Of a stretch of DNA of 64,000 bases, positions 59,730 to 64,000 are shown piece by piece. Location: contig CAWEEQ010000004.1 of NCBI GenBank assembly GCA_963808235.1, forward strand, positions 3,296,001 through 3,360,000. Reading direction: 5' to 3'. The notes under the pieces were generated by a model. It did not search any database and was not told the origin of the DNA. It saw only the letters and a list, made by a program, of their open reading frames with translations. How positions within the stretch are numbered: position 1 is the first letter of the stretch; every line of letters starts with the position of its first letter. The stretch comes from an uncultured delta proteobacterium. GTDB taxonomy: Bacteria; Desulfobacterota; Binatia; Binatales; Binataceae. The position numbers and the translations under genes were made by a program.

Positions 59730-62203
59730 CAGGCCTCGTCCGCCGCCGGTGCCATCGATATATGAAGTCGGCTCGGCGACTTCGCTTGTGCAGCTTTTGA
59801 CGATCGCGGAAATGCGCCGCGCTCGAATCAATGCGCATAGAGCGATCGCCACGACGGTGACGATTACACCGGCAATTGCCATATGAAGAGACAGTCCTGC
59901 CGCCAGCAGGATCAGCAACGCGACGGCTGCCGCGATTAAAGCCCGGCGCGGCTCGACTCGAATTCGCCACAGCAAAGACACTCGGCGATCTTTCTCGCGC
60001 ATGCGCATTGATCGGTATGCGAATCATCGGCGGCGCGACAATCTCAAGGTCGTAGGACTGGAAGCCATCGGTTTCGGCGACCGCCAGACCTCGGCGAACC
60101 AGCGCTGCGCGAATGGCCGCAAGCACGCTCGTGGAATCGACAGGAGCTGCGCCATCGCGTTCGGTCGAAACGAATTGGACGCAACGCTTGAATCCTGAAA
60201 CGCTTGAGGAATGCTCGGTCGCGATGCCGGAACCGTCGCGTGCGGATTCGAGACTCCATTTAACCCGCTCGCGCGCAAGACTTCGAAGCGGAGGTCCAAG
60301 CAGATTGAGGATCAAAAGATAAATTCGCGCCGTCGGTGCCGATCGCGCAGGCCGCAATGGAGCCGACGCAGCGCTCGCGGCTGCAACCAGAAGTGAGATC
60401 ATTATTCCCGCGCCGCCAATCACGCCGAGCAGCCGGTTCATCGCACCCAGGATCAAACAAATGACCGACACTGCGATCCATTGAATGGTCAGCGGCAATT
60501 CGGCGTACGAGTTGCCCGCGGAATACACGGTCTGAAAAAGTCCGCGCCCGAAGGCGCCATAATATACGCGCGGACCGCCGAGAATCGCCGCGACCCATGA
60601 CGGCCCCGCGTAGATTCCGTCCTCGGCCGCGTTGCGAAGCGGGTACCGGCGAAAGAGCAGGCCTTCGCCGACGCCATAGCCGCGTTGCTGAGCTAAATAT
60701 GCAGCCAGCGTAGCGCGACGCTCATGAATCACGGTCGCTCCAGGAGCATACGCGAGCGTTTCGCCCGATGCAGTCAGGCGCCACGATAGATCCACATCGT
60801 CGCCCGCGCTGGTGAATGCGGAATCGAAGCCGCCGATCTTCTCGAGCGCCGCTCTGGTGATCGCCATGTTGCATCCGCACAGTTGCGCGAGGTTATCGTC
60901 ACCCGCGCGCACCTCGCGCGGCAGCCCGGGCGCGGCGGCCATCGCCGCGGCGCGAGCAGAAGCAGGCGTCGGTGCAAAGTTGGGGCCCGATGCCGCGGCC
61001 GCGTCGCGGCGAGTAATCGTCTCGACCAAATGATATAGCCAGTCGCGATCGGGGCGCGCGTCGGCGTCGATGAACGCGATGATTTCGCCCGACGCCGCCT
61101 CAACTCCCGCATTGCGCGCCGCCGCGAGTCCACGATGCTCGACGCGAATTGCGCGCACTCCATCCTGTTCGGCGATCTGTGCTGTCGAATCGGTCGAGCC
61201 GTCATCGACGACGATGGTCTCGTAGTTGGGATAGTTCAACGTGCGAACGGATTCGAGGCAGTCGCGCAGTGTCGCCGCCGCGTTATAGGCAGGCACCACG
61301 ACGCTGGCTTTGGGAGCCATCGCGAGCGACGGCGGTAGATCGTGCGCGAAGACTTCTGCCAGCGCCTCGAAAGCCGGCTTCGGCGAGCGGTCGCGGCGCG
61401 TGACCCCGAATGCCCAATCCGTGATCTCCGCTCCACCGGTATGCCACTCGTCGGTGAAGGCAAACACGATGAACCCGCTAAGGCCAAGCTCGAATGCGGC
61501 GCGGCCTTGCCATGCGAGCAGCTCCGCCTGATGCGTCTTCGCCTTCGCGAATCGTATCCATGCCGGTTTCGCTGAGAATCAGGGGCAGCTCTCCAGCCTG
61601 CCCGATCAGATGCGTGAAATAGCGGCGGAAGTCTTCTTCGCGATGCAGATAAACATTGAATGAAATAAAATCGAGAAAACTCAGATCGAGATATTCGGCC
61701 GAAGGATAATTCGAGTAAGTGAATAGCGCGTCGGGTTCGATTTGTTTTCCGAGATCGTAAAGCTCGCCGAGGAAGCCGCTGACCGCGCGAGGCCCGTGCC
61801 ATCGCACGATATCCGATCGAATCTCGTTGCCGATGCTGTAGGCTGCAATCGTATCGCCAAATTCGCGCATCTCGCCGACGGTCTTTCGAATCGCGTCTCG
61901 AATATCGCGCTGCATGTCCCGTGAGTCGAGAAACGCCATGTGGAACGGCCACGGAATTCCAACCATCAGGCGAAGTCCTGCTTTGTGTGCCTCCTCAACC
62001 ATCCATGGCGGCGGCGGAACGTAGAGGCGGACCAGGTTTGCGCCAAGCTGGCGCATCAACGCAAAGTCGGCGGCCGCGCGCTCGGGCTCCGGGTATCGCT
62101 CACCGCGCGAATTCGGAATAAACGGACCGTACGAAACACCGCGAACGTAGAATTTTTCCGCCCCTTCGAAGAGGTACTTTCCGCGTGATACGAGGCGACC
62201 CAT
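59729..62203 (-). CDS. GH2-like TIM barrel + GT2 glycosyltransferase + membrane domain fusion (three apparent 1-nt frameshifts near 61535, 60004 and 59771)
   Basis: RGVSYGPF, IGNEI, ILSETG, FAFTDEW; then VVVPAYN, VDDGSTD, AFIDADA, GCNMA, GGFD, GDDVD, QQRGY. Confidence 0.8.
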
Positions 62204-62299
62204 GAACGATGAGCTAATCGCAAAGCGCCTTGGCGCGCAACGCGCATCCGGATCTGCGCTTGACATCATGCGACTCGCCCCGTGACAATTTAATCTCAC

Positions 62300-63598
62300 G
62301 TGGCGCGAAGCACTCCCAGCTGGCTCCAGAGCACCACGCTCCAGCTCGAATCGCGGGCATCGGGGCGCAGATCCGCGCTTCGCGTCTGGCACATCCTGAA
62401 TAGCGCGGTCGAAGGCTTCATCAACAACAACGATCTGCTGCGCGCCTCCGCACTGACGTTCACCGTCGCGCTCTCGATCGTTCCGATTCTTGCGCTCGCG
62501 TTTTCCGCGGTAAAGGGATTCGGCGGCGCCGATCGGTTGAAGCCGCTCATCGAGCAATACCTGGCGCTCGGCTCGTCCGGCACCTCGTCGCAGCTGATGA
62601 GCTATGTCGAGAACGTCAATGCCGCCGCGCTCGGCTCAGCGGGCGGCGCGTTTCTGCTGATCACGGTCATCTCCACGATGGGCACCATCGAGCAGGCGCT
62701 GAACACGATTTTCAGTGTGCCTGAGAGCCGGAGCTATTTTCGAAAATTCTCCGACTACCTGAGCGTCCTGTTCACGGTGCCATTTTTGATCGTGGCGGCA
62801 CTCGGCGTGACCGCGGTTTTTTCGGTGCGGATCTCGCAATTTCCATTCGTGACGCAACTTCTGCCGTACTTGTTTGTATGGGCCGGTTTCTTTTTTCTGT
62901 TCGTTTTCTTTCCCTATACCAAGGTCAGGTACGGCCCCGCGCTGATCGGCTCATTCGTTACGGCGGTGCTTTTTCAGCTCGCGCAGTGGGGATACGTGCG
63001 CTTCCAGGTGGGAGTCGCGAACTATCGCGCGATTTACGGCGCGCTTGCGACCCTGCCGATCTTCCTGGTCTGGATTTATATTGCATGGGCGGTAATCCTG
63101 TTCGGCGCCGAATTGACCGCGGCGATTCAGCGCGGCGATATCCCTCCGATGCTCGGTCCTCTGTCGCCTGATTTTCGCTACTCGTCCGCGATGCATATCC
63201 TTCTGCGCCTGGCTGATCGCGCTTTCCATGGCGGCGACGAAGTAACTTCGTGGACGATGGCTCACGAGCTCGGCGTCGTCGAAGCTGCTATCCTGCCAAT
63301 CCTGAATGGTCTCAAGCAGGGAGGATTCGTGATCGAAGCGGACGCGAGTTCCGGCACTCTCAACCAGGGACTCTTTCTTGCTCGCGAGCCTTCGACGATC
63401 ATCCTCGCCGACGCGATCAAGGCCGTGTTACCCGATTCCGACGCGCGCGACAGCGATCCGCGGGTCGCGCGAGTGATCGCAAAGTTGGATAGTGTCCGCG
63501 GCGAAGTGCTCAAATCGATCACCCTCGAGGACATCCGCTCTCCCGAAGCTAAAGCCGCCGATCTTCCCGAGGCCGGCGCCGACGAGTCGCACCGCTGA
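62300..63598 (+). CDS. YihY/BrkB-family membrane protein with C-terminal Rrf2-like HTH
   Basis: ASALTFT.ALSIVP, IEQALNTIF, YRAIYGALATLPIFLVWIY, LFGAE. Confidence 0.9.
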   Translation: MARSTPSWLQSTTLQLESRASGRRSALRVWHILNSAVEGFINNNDLLRASALTFTVALSIVPILALAFSAVKGFGGADRLKPLIEQYLALGSSGTSSQLMSYVENVNAAALGSAGGAFLLITVISTMGTIEQALNTIFSVPESRSYFRKFSDYLSVLFTVPFLIVAALGVTAVFSVRISQFPFVTQLLPYLFVWAGFFFLFVFFPYTKVRYGPALIGSFVTAVLFQLAQWGYVRFQVGVANYRAIYGALATLPIFLVWIYIAWAVILFGAELTAAIQRGDIPPMLGPLSPDFRYSSAMHILLRLADRAFHGGDEVTSWTMAHELGVVEAAILPILNGLKQGGFVIEADASSGTLNQGLFLAREPSTIILADAIKAVLPDSDARDSDPRVARVIAKLDSVRGEVLKSITLEDIRSPEAKAADLPEAGADESHR

Positions 63599-63644
63599 TT
63601 TTTCGCGGTCTGCCGCGAACTGGAATTGAATCGACGCCGGAGTC

Positions 63645-64000
63645 ATGGAAAGTAACCATCCGCAGTCCACTGAACCAAAGTCCAGTTTCGTCAACGTCAA
63701 TGGCATCCGCTTGCATGCCCTCGACTGGGGCGGCGCAGGCGAGCCGATCGTAGTTCTGCACGCGACCGGATTTCTCGGACGCATATATCGCCCGCTTGCA
63801 GAGCGGTTGTGCGCGATCGGCCACGTGTACAGCTACGATCAACGCGGGCATGGAGACAGCGCGGCCGCGCCCGACGGCACCTATGACTGGAACTGGACGA
63901 TGAAAGATCTCGAAGGGTTCGTCGCCGCGATGGGTTGGCGGAAGGTTCGCGCGATCGGCCATTCCGCCGGCGCAACCGCGATCGGCGGTCTCGCCTCCGA
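63645..64000 (+). CDS. Alpha/beta hydrolase (runs off the window)
   Basis: Manual translation: NGIRLHALDWGG, VVLHATGF, YDQRGHGDS, IGHSAG. Confidence 0.85.
   Translation, partial: MESNHPQSTEPKSSFVNVNGIRLHALDWGGAGEPIVVLHATGFLGRIYRPLAERLCAIGHVYSYDQRGHGDSAAAPDGTYDWNWTMKDLEGFVAAMGWRKVRAIGHSAGATAIGGLAS

Noticed and set aside
57951-60008. 685-aa ABC transporter with an extra N-terminal membrane domain
   Set aside because: The extension is best read as the frameshifted tail of the upstream GT2 gene. A TGATG stop/start overlap at 59727-59731 marks the likely ABC start.

Overview
GC-rich bacterial chromosomal window that is mostly housekeeping and metabolic genes: cysS, fabG, iscA/erpA, queG, lutBCA, phaC, class II RNR nrdJ, dciA, thpR-recA, alaS, phoH-ybeY-X-lnt-prfB, panE, a cobS-like gene and coaE. 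Gene content suggests a Deltaproteobacteria-like lineage, possibly Ca. Binatota; this is inference only. Non-coding signals read directly from the sequence are a perfect parS palindrome inside the 5' end of queG, two NrdR-box-like sites 32 bp apart upstream of nrdJ, the prfB +1 frameshift cassette, a TetR operator palindrome and a candidate structured RNA after nrdJ. The most notable accessory elements are: (i) a three-gene restriction-modification-like cassette after recA, with a MerR/BldC-like HTH gene, 10-bp phased repeats, a beta-class MTase and a convergent PD-(D/E)xK nuclease with an apparent CTG start; (ii) an AbiGi/ADP-ribosyltransferase-like orphan translationally coupled into the ybeY-lnt operon; (iii) a GH-TIM-barrel/GT2 fusion coupled to an ABC exporter. 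At least seven apparent single-base frameshifts and one garbled segment in otherwise intact genes point to assembly errors, so pseudogene calls are unsafe. No rRNA, tRNA, CRISPR array, integrase or transposase was seen. All family calls come from motif recognition by eye, not database searches.
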